Shown here in pieces: positions 1 to 11,343 of a stretch of 64,000 nt of DNA (position 1 is its first letter; the number at the start of each line of letters is the position of its first letter). The notes under the pieces are model-generated. The model did no database searches and was not told where the DNA came from. It saw only the letters and a program-made list of their open reading frames with translations. This DNA is from Leptonemataceae bacterium. GTDB taxonomy: Bacteria; Spirochaetota; Leptospiria; Leptospirales; Leptonemataceae. Position numbers and translations under genes: made by a program. The stretch covers positions 1,824,001 to 1,888,000 of the forward strand of contig OZ245742.1 in the NCBI GenBank assembly GCA_965227295.1, read 5' to 3'.

Positions 1-678
1 AAAAATTCGCGCCTCGACGCGCGGGGGCAGGCAGAGTTCGTACATGCCGTCGTCGCGCTTGCGAAAGGCCGAGGCGAGATAGGCCTGGAATACGGCGTCG
101 TCCCAGGCCTTGAATCCCGGGTGCATGCGATACGAACGCTCCACGAGTTTCATGCTTTTGAATTCGGCGCGTCGGCGTTCCGCCGCTTCGGCCAGGGGAT
201 GCGGAAACAACGGCAGGAGCCAGGCCAGCAGCGGCGTAAGCACCGTCGGATCGAGCAGGGCCAGGGCGCGAATGCGCGCGGTTTCGCCGGCGGCGCGGGC
301 CCGCTCTTCTTCGAGGGCCGCCAGGAGAGAGGACGTCGCCCCACCGATGCTGTGACCGACGACCAGGATGCCGCCGGCTGCATCGATCCTACCGCTTTCG
401 CTGAGGAAATTCAGCAACGCCATGGCCTGGTCGCGAAAGAAGTTCCAGTCCTCAAAGTCCTCCGTCGGCTGCGAACGGCCGTGGCCGACAAAATCCAGGG
501 CGAAAACGGGATGCCCGGCCGCCGTTAAGGCCTCAAAGAGGCGTGTGTAGGTGAGCGCAGGATAGCCGTTGGCGTGGAAAAACAGGATCGGCCGGCGCTC
601 CCGGTGCATCGGCTCCAGCTGATACCAGGCGAGCTGGATGTTGCGAAACTTGAGCTGGCCTGTCTGCATGGCGGGCAT
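1..678 (-). CDS. alpha/beta hydrolase (3' end runs off the window)
   Basis: Hand translation of the minus strand from ATG 678 (or 669): MPAMQTGQLKFRNIQLAWYQLEP...ILFFHANGYP...ALDFVGHGRS...LVGHSIGG. It has HANG and GHSxGG nucleophile-elbow motifs. Not in the ORF track because it is truncated. Confidence 0.85.
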   Translation of the reverse strand, partial: MPAMQTGQLKFRNIQLAWYQLEPMHRERRPILFFHANGYPALTYTRLFEALTAAGHPVFALDFVGHGRSQPTEDFEDWNFFRDQAMALLNFLSESGRIDAAGGILVVGHSIGGATSSLLAALEEERARAAGETARIRALALLDPTVLTPLLAWLLPLFPHPLAEAAERRRAEFKSMKLVERSYRMHPGFKAWDDAVFQAYLASAFRKRDDGMYELCLPPRVEARIF

Positions 679-709
679 CGGAGCGCGAGCCTCCCGTGTA
701 CCACCTCTC

Positions 710-725
710 TGGCAATCCTTTTGCA
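710..725 (+). promoter_or_regulatory. candidate sigma54 (-24/-12) promoter
   Basis: TGGCAATCCTTTTGCA: GG-N10-GC spacing with TTGCA, ~200 bp upstream of the sigma54 activator gene. Confidence 0.5.
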
Positions 726-922
726 CGGAGATGTGCCTGTTTCGCGGCATTTGTAGGAACTCTTACAGGAATCATGCTTAAAAAAACCGCAGGTTGGGTA
801 AATTTTTAGTGTGTGTGCAGGAGGCTCCGGAATGATGTGCAGGGAGAAGCGGCACTTTGTTGTGAAACGAGCATTGCCTGTGAGCGGTGCTCGTAGTATT
901 CTCATCCTATTGTGGAATATTT

Positions 923-3034
<2,112 letters not shown>

Positions 3035-3044
3035 TGCCGACGAA

Positions 3045-4040
3045 CTACAGTTGATTCCTTCGAAAGTATTCGTTTACCGACATGCCCGCATGGCGCGCGA
3101 AGATTCTCCGAAAGTGGCTGATGTCGTCGTAACCGACCTTGCCGCAGACGGCTTCGATGGACGCGCCGTTCCCTTCGCTTAACAACCGCCGGGCGACATC
3201 TACGCGATAGCGCTGGAGGTACTCCAGGGGCGAGTCGCCGGTGGAACGTTTGAAACGTCGTTTGAAGTTGCGTTCGCTCATGCCCGTGCGTTTGGCCAGG
3301 TCCGCGATCGTCAGCGGGGCGGCGTAGTTTTCGTGAATGTGGCGCTGGGCCACCGCCACGGCATCGTCTTCATGATGTGTCTGAGATTCCAGGGTGGCGT
3401 AGCGATTCTGGGAGCCGCGATCGATGTCCAGCAGCAACGCCCGGGAACATCGATAGGCGGTTTCAAAGCCGAAGAAACGCTCCACGATCCTGAGTGCCAG
3501 GTCGGCGAAGGCGTACCCGCCGCCGGAGCATAAGATGCGGCCGCCGGAATCCTCGGTGACCATCTCTTCCGGGCGCAGTTTTACTTTCGGAAAGAGCGAG
3601 CGAAAATGATCGGCATCGGCCCAGTGCGTCGTCGCCGTGCGCCGATCCAGCAAACCCGTGTCGGCCAGGGCGAAACCGCCGCGGGCGATACCGGCCACCA
3701 CCGAGCCCTGGGCGTACATCTTCGTAATCCAGCGACCGGCGGTAGGCCGCAGGTCTTCCAGGCTGTGCGGATCGGTATGACCCGACGCAACGAGTACGAC
3801 GTCCGTCTCTTCAATTTCGTCGATGGAACGATCCGGATCGACCTTCTGCGCGGCCGGGCGGCAGAGTACGGCGTTGCCGTCAGGCGTCGCTATGTCCACC
3901 GTGAAGTGCGGCTGAGTCTCCGCGTCGTGGATTTCATCCCAGAGCACTCCCGCCTCGGAGAGGATTTCGTGCAGTCCGTAGACCTGGGTAATGGAAGATT
4001 TTCCTAAAGCGAGTATGGTGGCGTGTTTGGTGTTCGGCAT
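3045..4040 (-). CDS. GlxA-family AraC regulator with DJ-1/PfpI domain
   Basis: ATTHW in the DJ-1-like domain; C-terminal AraC HTHs (LAKRTGMSERNFKRRF; VGYDDISHFRRIF). Confidence 0.92.
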   Translation of the reverse strand: MPNTKHATILALGKSSITQVYGLHEILSEAGVLWDEIHDAETQPHFTVDIATPDGNAVLCRPAAQKVDPDRSIDEIEETDVVLVASGHTDPHSLEDLRPTAGRWITKMYAQGSVVAGIARGGFALADTGLLDRRTATTHWADADHFRSLFPKVKLRPEEMVTEDSGGRILCSGGGYAFADLALRIVERFFGFETAYRCSRALLLDIDRGSQNRYATLESQTHHEDDAVAVAQRHIHENYAAPLTIADLAKRTGMSERNFKRRFKRSTGDSPLEYLQRYRVDVARRLLSEGNGASIEAVCGKVGYDDISHFRRIFARHAGMSVNEYFRRNQL

Positions 4041-4151
4041 AATCAACTGATCGGGCCGGCCGAGAGATGTGGCCGGTCTAATCCGCTGCTCTTTAGCGTA
4101 GTAGCAGACCGACCGGGCGGCAAGGCCTCATTGGTTAAGTGTGCCAGACTG

Positions 4152-4643
4152 TCAGGGTGAATCAAAAAGTGTGCGGCCGGTTTCGCGGGCCTCGAAGATG
4201 AACGGCAGTACGTGGCGAGCGGTAGGTACCAGATCCAATTGCAGCGCGTCTTTGCGCGGGTAGTATTGAAAAACGTCGGCCTCGCCGTCCACCGCCCGCA
4301 ATTTTCCGGCAACGTGCCGCGCTTCAAAGATACTCGAAACGTAGGCGACGCGATCGCCGTTCGTGTACTCCAGTACCATGTCTTCGCCGCCGAACACGCC
4401 CAGCACTCGCAGGAGTTCTACGATGAGTCCGGTTTCTTCGTAGACCTCGCGCACCGCGGCCCGGGCCGGGCTTTCTCCAGGATCCACGGCGCCGCCGGGT
4501 ATGCCCCAGCGACCGTTCTCGCTGAGGCGAATCATCAACAATCGATCCTGATTGTCGAAAATTGCGCAGCCGGCGGCGGGCGTGAGCACGAGATCGGTGC
4601 CGATCTTTTTGCGCAGATTCTTAAGATACTCGGAGATGGGCAT
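4152..4643 (-). CDS. NUDIX hydrolase
   Basis: Nudix box GGAVDPGESPARAAVREVYEETGL. Confidence 0.93.
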   Translation of the reverse strand: MPISEYLKNLRKKIGTDLVLTPAAGCAIFDNQDRLLMIRLSENGRWGIPGGAVDPGESPARAAVREVYEETGLIVELLRVLGVFGGEDMVLEYTNGDRVAYVSSIFEARHVAGKLRAVDGEADVFQYYPRKDALQLDLVPTARHVLPFIFEARETGRTLFDSP

Positions 4644-4644
4644 G

Positions 4645-5853
4645 TTACTGAGCGCGAACCGTGCCGGGCAGATCCGCGGAAGTCGTCGCGGGGTTCGCCG
4701 TGGTTGCCCGGCCGTCCTTCGCCGTCAGGCGATCGCCTTCGCCGAGTAAGAGGCCGATCCACGGATGCAGTTTCGCGAGACCGTGCAGGGCCAGGGCCAG
4801 CGGCCAGGCCAGACCGAGCACCAGGGTTATCCGCAGGCCGAACGGTAACTTTGCCAGAGCGAACATTAAGATCGGATGGCTCAGGTACACGAGGAAGCTG
4901 ACCCGCGCCAGTTCCCGCAGGCGGTTGCCGGAAGGCCGTTCCGGCAGGTGCGCGAGCCAGGCGATCCACAGCACGGCATACAGTGCCACGACCGGCCGCC
5001 ACACCCGGCCTGCCGGGTCCGGATGCGTTGCGCCGAAGAACGTGGACGTGCAGAAGTCGTAGAAGACCAGGATGAATCCCACGGGCAACAGTGCCGTGAC
5101 TACGCGAAAGCGTCGGCGGGGTTCGGCGAAGAACGCCGGCCATGGCGCGGGCGCATCGGCTTGTTGCCCGCCGGAAGACTCGCCCAGCCATTTACCGTAG
5201 ACGAAGAAAGGCAGCGCGTAGCTGAACAGGATCGTCCAGGCCACGACACTGCCGCCGGCCGCCGCCGCGCTGATGGCCCGGCTGTCCCGGGCGATCGTAA
5301 TGCCGAAGGATTCGAGCAGGCCCATGGAAGCGTGCGGATCCAGGAAGATGTAAGTGAGAACCGACGGCACGCAGAGCAACAGCGCCGTGCTTACCCGGAA
5401 ACGCAGGCGGCGGAGCAGCGGGTACGCCAGGTAGAGATACAACAATACCGCTACGAAATAGAGATGAAACAGATGCGCACCGCCGGGCAGGCCGGCCAGG
5501 AAGTAGGTGAGGCTGAGTTCACTCTTGCCGCGCAGGCCGTGGTAGAGAAAACCGAAGACCGACATGATCAAAAAAGGCGGCAGGATGCGCAGGGCCCGGT
5601 TACGATAAAAGTCGCTTGTTCGAAAGTTAGTGGCCCCGCCGCCGTAGAGCCGGTGCGCGCCGAAGGCGTAACCGGACAGAAAGAAAAACAGGAGCGTTGC
5701 GGGTTTGCCGAGTTGGTTGATCACGGCTATGAGCCAGGCGCCGACGGACTCCCGACCCGTGCCGAGCTCGACGAAACCGTTCCAGGTCGCGTGATTGAAC
5801 ACGATGCAGCAGACCGCGATGACGCGCAGCAGGTCGGTGGCGAACCGGCTCAT
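4645..5853 (-). CDS. acyltransferase-3 family membrane protein
   Basis: DLLRVIAVCCIVFNH, FFFLSGY, FYRNRALRILPPF, HLYF, SFLVYLSHP; many TM segments. Confidence 0.9.
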   Translation of the reverse strand: MSRFATDLLRVIAVCCIVFNHATWNGFVELGTGRESVGAWLIAVINQLGKPATLLFFFLSGYAFGAHRLYGGGATNFRTSDFYRNRALRILPPFLIMSVFGFLYHGLRGKSELSLTYFLAGLPGGAHLFHLYFVAVLLYLYLAYPLLRRLRFRVSTALLLCVPSVLTYIFLDPHASMGLLESFGITIARDSRAISAAAAGGSVVAWTILFSYALPFFVYGKWLGESSGGQQADAPAPWPAFFAEPRRRFRVVTALLPVGFILVFYDFCTSTFFGATHPDPAGRVWRPVVALYAVLWIAWLAHLPERPSGNRLRELARVSFLVYLSHPILMFALAKLPFGLRITLVLGLAWPLALALHGLAKLHPWIGLLLGEGDRLTAKDGRATTANPATTSADLPGTVRAQ

Positions 5854-5991
5854 ACGACCATCCCCTCGCGAGCAGCGTCACGCGAAAGTACTATTCGGCC
5901 CGAATCGCGGAGAAAAGGGCGGGGCTGCGTAAGATCTTGCAACCGGCTAAAAAGAGTTGAGTATTATCTTACGCCCCGCGCCTCGTGCTGT

Positions 5992-7044
5992 ATGCATCGA
6001 GTTGTCGCAGTCTGCTTTGTGGTGTCTGTTTTCTTTTCGGTGACGCCGGGGTTCGCTCAGGAACCGGCCGGCCCCGCCGCGGAAGAAGGAGCCGAAGAAT
6101 CCATTGCTGATGCGCAAGACGAACCGGGCGAGCGCAGGTCGCGGCTGCGCTTCAGTCTGGGCTACTGGGCGGGCCCGGAAGACGCGGATTACATTGAGCA
6201 TCTGCGCGACGACCTTACGTTCGCCGGCCTCTCCCCGCGATCCCTCATAGACAACCCCGGTCCGAAGCCGACCGAGGCTACGCCCGTGGCCCTCGAATTC
6301 TGGACGCCGCTCCAGGTCGGTGATCTTTCGCTGCGCCTGGAACACTACGTGACCGGTACTTCGTATCGCGACGGGAGCGGGCTGACCACCGGCGGCACGC
6401 TGTTCTTTTTCAATCATGATCGCTACCGGCGCGAACGTCTGCATATCTTCCTGGGCTATCGCCTGGGTTTTCTGGAGGATCGATTGCACGTCACGCCGCG
6501 CCTGGGCTTGCGTCGTTACGGCGAGACCTCGGACCTGGGGCTCGCCGGTGTTCAGCCCGACTTCGTTCAGTTGATTGCCCAGGTTCGTGATGTGAACGGG
6601 GAAGGCACGGTGGCCGGGTTGGACCTGGAGTATCTTCTCCTGGAAGATCTGTCCGTCCTCGGAACCTATGCCCGCAGTGTGGGGCCGATCGACGGGGACA
6701 TGAACCTCGCGTCCCTGAACGCTGCTGCGGCACGCTCGGTCTTCGGATCGGCAACGTCGTTATCTTATGCCGGCGCCGTCGCCGATCATCTGCACATCTG
6801 GCGTTCGTGGTCGCTGGCACTGTCGTATCGAGTCTTCGAGGGCGTGCGGATCGCCGCCGGTTATCGGAAAGAAACCATCAGCGTCCGTTATCCGGACTAC
6901 TTCACTTTCTCCGCCGCACTCGGAGGGGGGTTCATCGAGATATCTCCCACCGAACTCGTTACGAATCGCATTAGCTATGATCAGGCAAAGCTTTCAGAAA
7001 AGAAGGGCGTTTTCCTGGAAGCCAGTTATGAGCTTGGTCTATAA
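5992..7044 (+). CDS. putative outer-membrane beta-barrel protein
   Basis: Signal peptide from ATG 5992, alternating amphipathic strands, C-terminal GVFLEASYELGL. The upstream part of the 722-aa ORF is an antisense shadow of the acyltransferase. Confidence 0.75.
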   Translation: MHRVVAVCFVVSVFFSVTPGFAQEPAGPAAEEGAEESIADAQDEPGERRSRLRFSLGYWAGPEDADYIEHLRDDLTFAGLSPRSLIDNPGPKPTEATPVALEFWTPLQVGDLSLRLEHYVTGTSYRDGSGLTTGGTLFFFNHDRYRRERLHIFLGYRLGFLEDRLHVTPRLGLRRYGETSDLGLAGVQPDFVQLIAQVRDVNGEGTVAGLDLEYLLLEDLSVLGTYARSVGPIDGDMNLASLNAAAARSVFGSATSLSYAGAVADHLHIWRSWSLALSYRVFEGVRIAAGYRKETISVRYPDYFTFSAALGGGFIEISPTELVTNRISYDQAKLSEKKGVFLEASYELGL

Positions 7045-7062
7045 TATGTAAGAAATCAAGGA

Positions 7063-8073
7063 GTGATCATGTTGCAGAATCGAGTGCGTTTTATGTTCGC
7101 CGGCCTGGCATTGGCCGGGTTGCTTTTGCCGGCCGGCCTGGCCGCGCAGGATCGTTCGCCGGAATTGCGTTTTTCCATCGGTGCCTGGGCGGGTACGGAG
7201 ACGTCGGAGTGGGTCGGCCGACGGCACCTGGACTATCTTTTCGCCGGCTTTACGCCGGGCGTTTTCGTACAGGATCCGGGCGCTTCCGGTACGGCGGCCC
7301 TTCCGCTGGGATTGGAATTCTTTCTGCCGGCCGGCCCCGGGGATGTGATGGTCGGCCTCGAAGCATTTTCCACCGCCACGAACTACACCGCCACGGGCAT
7401 TGCCGTGTCCCCCCTCGCGATTTACGACATTCAGCATTCGGACTTCGCTCGCGCGCGCCTGGATTTTTCGCTGGGCTATCGTGTTCCGGTGACGGCGGAG
7501 TTTTCGTTTACGCCGGTGATCGGCCGGCGTGGTTTCGCGGCTTCGGCGAATACGAGCCTGCTCGGCATCGGCCTCGCGAGTTTCGCCTCGGAGGATGAAG
7601 AGTACCAGGCGAATGCCGCGGCGGGCTACATCGGCGTCGACCTGGAGTATCGCTTTACTCCGGAGTTCAGCGGCCTGGGCGGCTTTCGCTATAGCATTAC
7701 GAAATCCGGCGGCGATGTATCGACGACCAGCGAGGGTTTCGGCGCGAGCACCAGCGGCACCGGCAGCTATTACATTGGAGAGACCTCAGCGGCGTACGAG
7801 TACTCGTTTCAGCGGATTGAGCTGGGGCTGGGCTATTATCCCACCGCGAACGTGCGCCTGGCGCTGGGCTTTCGCGGCGAGACGGTGCAAACGCGGTATC
7901 CGGATTACCTGGAGTACGGCCTCGGCGTATCCACTGCCGGTGGGACAGTGTCGCCTCTGCTGTTGTTTTCGCTGGATGAGTTCATTACCGATCGTTTCTT
8001 CGTGTTTGATCGCGAGGAAAGCGAAGAGTTCAGCGGCATCTTCTTCGAGTTTACGTACATCCTCGATCTGTAA
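7063..8073 (+). CDS. putative outer-membrane beta-barrel protein, paralog of the previous gene
   Basis: Signal peptide; blocks shared with 5992-7044 (LRFSxGxWAG, LxFAG, LGYR, GxDLEY, RYPDY); C-terminal GIFFEFTYILDL. Confidence 0.8.
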   Translation: MIMLQNRVRFMFAGLALAGLLLPAGLAAQDRSPELRFSIGAWAGTETSEWVGRRHLDYLFAGFTPGVFVQDPGASGTAALPLGLEFFLPAGPGDVMVGLEAFSTATNYTATGIAVSPLAIYDIQHSDFARARLDFSLGYRVPVTAEFSFTPVIGRRGFAASANTSLLGIGLASFASEDEEYQANAAAGYIGVDLEYRFTPEFSGLGGFRYSITKSGGDVSTTSEGFGASTSGTGSYYIGETSAAYEYSFQRIELGLGYYPTANVRLALGFRGETVQTRYPDYLEYGLGVSTAGGTVSPLLLFSLDEFITDRFFVFDREESEEFSGIFFEFTYILDL

Positions 8074-8088
8074 GCGGCGTGGTCGCGG

Positions 8089-9324
8089 TTATTCCTGCGA
8101 CCGCGGTTCCCTTAAGATCATAAAACCGAAGATTACCAGCAAATTCAAAAGCGTGGCGCCGAAGAAGACCGGAAGAAACATGGACGTCTCCGTGGCGGTG
8201 TTCTCCGGCGCCCACCATGCCAGAAAGTCCGGCCCGATCTGTGTAAACAGCAACGTGCCGAAGAAGACGTTGCCGATCATGCCGCCCAGGCTGTGCGCCG
8301 CGACGTGATAGATGCCGTAGACGCTGCCGTAGAGATGATCCGGGCAGGATGCCTTCAGCCAGTAGATGGCCCCGATGTAGTAGCCGGCGAAGTGGACACC
8401 ATGCAAGAGCTGCGAGACCAGAACGGGAAGCGGTTCATAGCCGAGGATGGACAGCGTGAGCAAGCCGAAGCGCCCCGCCGCGGCGCCGGCGGCACAATAA
8501 AACAACCAGCGAATGCCGGGGCCGCGCGCAATGCGCTCCGTAAACATCAAAAAAGGTATCTCTAACAGCACGGCGACGAGCCAGCCGGAATAGACGAGGC
8601 CGGTGCCGCCGCTCAGTTCCCAGAAACGGCCCAGGTAGTTGTCCACCACCTGGAAACAAAAGAAAAACGTAAACGATAACCCGAGGAAAGCTAAGGCGCG
8701 ACCGGAATGCGAAAAGAAGCGCACGGCATCCAACAGGCGGTACTCCTCGTGGGATTTGCGCCGTTGTGCGACCATTAACGCGAAGGGCACGCACGCCAGG
8801 TAGGCGACGGCCCCCACGCGTCCGCCGTCGCCGGGACTGAAGTCCGGGAGCAGCGCCTCGTGATTCGCCGCAAGAAAGCTGCCGAAGAAAAACGGATCGG
8901 TCACGATCCACATGACGAGCTGGAACGCGAGGAAGCCCGTGGTCCCCGCGGCCCGGATGCGCGAGTACGGCCCGGAGCCGACGTCTTCGAGGATGGCGAT
9001 CGATATGAGCTGCACATTAGCGGAGAGCAGGAGTCGCGTGAGCGCGGAGAACAGGATCGTGAGGCCCGGGGAATCGGGCAGGGCGTAGAGGAGGTACTGT
9101 GTGGGCGCGATGAGGATGAGCCCGGTCACGAGAAAACCACGGATGCGCCGGTAGCGATCGGAGAGCCAGCCGATCAAGAAGTAACCGACGGGGTACGCGC
9201 CCTCGGCCGTAAGAAAGATGAGATACGAGTCCTGCTTGAAGTTCTGCAACACGTAGGGCGACAGGCCGGAGAGATACGAGCCCAGGCCGATGAAGTACAG
9301 AAACAGCAGCGCCACGTAGTGCAT
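8089..9324 (-). CDS. MFS transporter
   Basis: About 12 TM segments, GWLSDRYRR motif A, YSRIRAAGT, AVLLEIPF, SQLLHG. Confidence 0.88.
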   Translation of the reverse strand: MHYVALLFLYFIGLGSYLSGLSPYVLQNFKQDSYLIFLTAEGAYPVGYFLIGWLSDRYRRIRGFLVTGLILIAPTQYLLYALPDSPGLTILFSALTRLLLSANVQLISIAILEDVGSGPYSRIRAAGTTGFLAFQLVMWIVTDPFFFGSFLAANHEALLPDFSPGDGGRVGAVAYLACVPFALMVAQRRKSHEEYRLLDAVRFFSHSGRALAFLGLSFTFFFCFQVVDNYLGRFWELSGGTGLVYSGWLVAVLLEIPFLMFTERIARGPGIRWLFYCAAGAAAGRFGLLTLSILGYEPLPVLVSQLLHGVHFAGYYIGAIYWLKASCPDHLYGSVYGIYHVAAHSLGGMIGNVFFGTLLFTQIGPDFLAWWAPENTATETSMFLPVFFGATLLNLLVIFGFMILREPRSQE

Positions 9325-9449
9325 GCGCCGCCACGTTCGGCGGGGGGAGTGTGCTTGTCAGCTTTAAGAAATCACGGGGATATAATAGAAGAAGCCAGGC
9401 TTGCGGTTCTTCGGTTGACCCGGCAAATCCCGCGCACCATCCTGGCGGG

Positions 9450-10199
9450 ATGAGTGCAGACATCTTAAGCGTGAAAGATAAAACCATCATCGTCACCGGT
9501 GCGTCCCGGGGCATCGGCCGGGCCATTGCGGAGACGTTGCGGGACCGCGGGGCCGTGGTCTACGGCACCGGCAGCCGGCCGGAATCCATCGAGTGGATGA
9601 ACGCGGACTCCGCCGTGCAGGGGCGCGTCGCGAACGTCCGCGAACCTGGTGCCATGGCCGAGATCATTCAAGAGGTCCACGACAAACACGGCCGCCTGGA
9701 CGTGCTCATCAACAACGCCGGCATCGCTTCGAACACGCCGGCCTCATCTTTCAAAGAAGATGAAATGGAAGCCATCATCGATACGAACTTCAAAGGTCTC
9801 TTTCGCGCCTGTCAGGCGTACTACAAACTACAGCGCAAGTCCGGGGGCGGCAACATCATCAACGTCGCTTCGATTCTGGGCCTGGTGGGAACGACGCTGG
9901 CGTCCGTCTACTGCGGAACGAAAGGCGCCGTCATCAACATGACTCGCGCCCTGGCCGTGGAATGGGCGTCCTCGGGTTTTCGCTTGAACTGCATCTGCCC
10001 CGGTTTCATCGAAACCGATATGACCGAAATGATTCAGAAGCGTCCGGCGGTAATGGAAAAGATGCTTGAGGCCGTGCCCATGAAGCGCATCGGCCGGCCG
10101 GACGATCTCGTGGGCGCCGCCGTCTTTCTTGCGAGCGACGCCTCAAAGTACATGACCGGGCAGACCGTGGTCGTAGACGGCGGCATGATTGCCCAGTGA
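9450..10199 (+). CDS. short-chain dehydrogenase/reductase
   Basis: TGASRGIG, NNAG, YCGTK catalytic motif, ICPGFIET, DGG. ATG 9450. Confidence 0.95.
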   Translation: MSADILSVKDKTIIVTGASRGIGRAIAETLRDRGAVVYGTGSRPESIEWMNADSAVQGRVANVREPGAMAEIIQEVHDKHGRLDVLINNAGIASNTPASSFKEDEMEAIIDTNFKGLFRACQAYYKLQRKSGGGNIINVASILGLVGTTLASVYCGTKGAVINMTRALAVEWASSGFRLNCICPGFIETDMTEMIQKRPAVMEKMLEAVPMKRIGRPDDLVGAAVFLASDASKYMTGQTVVVDGGMIAQ

Positions 10200-10211
10200 G
10201 TCAGGAGTAAC

Positions 10212-11213
10212 ATGATGCGACAAACAGCTAAGATTCTTGCGCTTGCCTCGGCAGCGTTCGCACTGAGCACCTGCGCCGAGCTGCAAAAAATGGTCGGCGT
10301 GGATCGGGATCCGTCCATTAACTTTGAGAAAATCGAACTTACCGGCATTGACCTGGAAAAACTCAGCGTGCGCCTGCATACCAGGCTGGACAATCCGTAC
10401 GCCTTCGCCCTGCCCCGGGCCGCCACGGATTTCGGCCTGGAGATCGAGGGCGCAAAGCTGGCGCAACTCAAGACGGATCTTTCGAACGGCGTGGCCAAAC
10501 GTTCCGAAACGCCGATCCCCTTCGATGTGGAGATTCCGTACAAGGGCATCCTGGAAGTGTATCAACGTTTGCCGGGCAAAGAGACATTCAACGTGCGCCT
10601 GAACGGGCCGGCGCAGCTCTTTTTGCCGGAACAGGCGCGGCTCCCCGGCCTGCCCGAATCCATGACGTTGGACCTGGACCAGAGCCGGGAAATTCCCGCG
10701 CTGCGGCCGAACATTGAGGTGCGGAACTTCTCGATTCAGAAGCCCACGAGCAGCGACCTGGTGTCGGCGGTGGGCCCGGTGCTCGCCGTCGCGCTGGAAA
10801 CGTACCTCAATCGATTGTTAGGCGACGGCGGCAGCCCCCCGGGTGCCGCCACGGCGATCCTCGGACGTCTGGACTATCGCCTCAAGACCGAGTATGAACT
10901 GGTATTAAAGAACGAAGCCGCGGCACAGATGGACTTCACGAAAGTAAACTACGCGCTGGCTTTAGAAGGCCGGCCGTTTTTCGAAGGCATCGGTACGGAG
11001 ATCGTGAAGGATGAACTCACCGGCGCTTCGATCGTGAAAGTCCAGACGGAGTTTCCGATTGTATCGATCACGTCTTCGATTGCCCGGGCCATAAAGTACA
11101 AGAATGCGAACTTCCGGCTGAGCGGTGATGCCGGTCTGGATCTTCCGGACTTCCCGGTGAGTGATCTGCTCAAGCTGAAATTCGATAAGGCCGGCAAACT
11201 GGACTGGCAGTAA
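10212..11213 (+). CDS. lipoprotein with LEA_2/WHy-like domains
   Basis: Lipobox-like ALSTC; LEA_2-like DNPYAFALP and a second beta-rich repeat. Confidence 0.7.
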   Translation: MMRQTAKILALASAAFALSTCAELQKMVGVDRDPSINFEKIELTGIDLEKLSVRLHTRLDNPYAFALPRAATDFGLEIEGAKLAQLKTDLSNGVAKRSETPIPFDVEIPYKGILEVYQRLPGKETFNVRLNGPAQLFLPEQARLPGLPESMTLDLDQSREIPALRPNIEVRNFSIQKPTSSDLVSAVGPVLAVALETYLNRLLGDGGSPPGAATAILGRLDYRLKTEYELVLKNEAAAQMDFTKVNYALALEGRPFFEGIGTEIVKDELTGASIVKVQTEFPIVSITSSIARAIKYKNANFRLSGDAGLDLPDFPVSDLLKLKFDKAGKLDWQ

Positions 11214-11221
11214 GATTTTAT

Positions 11222-11341
11222 AACCACCGAAGCGCCGAGGCCACCGAGTTTAAGAAATCAGAGAGCACACATAGCCCGAACGCTTTCGGTTACGAATACT
11301 CTTCCCCATCTTTCCTCGGCGACCTCGGAGCCTCGGTGGTC
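11222..11341. mobile_element. ~120-bp MITE-like element with GxxExxY-type terminal inverted repeats
   Basis: Left ACCACCGAAGCGCCGAGGCCACCGAG, right CTCGGCGACCTCGGAGCCTCGGTGGT. The right end, including AATACTCTTCCCCATCTTTCCTCGG, matches the GxxExxY right end at 40913-40960. Confidence 0.7.
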
Positions 11342-11343
11342 CA

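Noticed and set aside
850-865. Second sigma54-like motif CGGCACTTTGTTGTG (and CGGCACGATTCTGAC at 13924)
   Set aside because: Both lack the GC at -12 with the required spacing.
4876-5991. N-terminal half of the 722-aa plus-strand ORF
   Set aside because: It is an antisense shadow of the acyltransferase; the real gene starts with a signal peptide at 5992.
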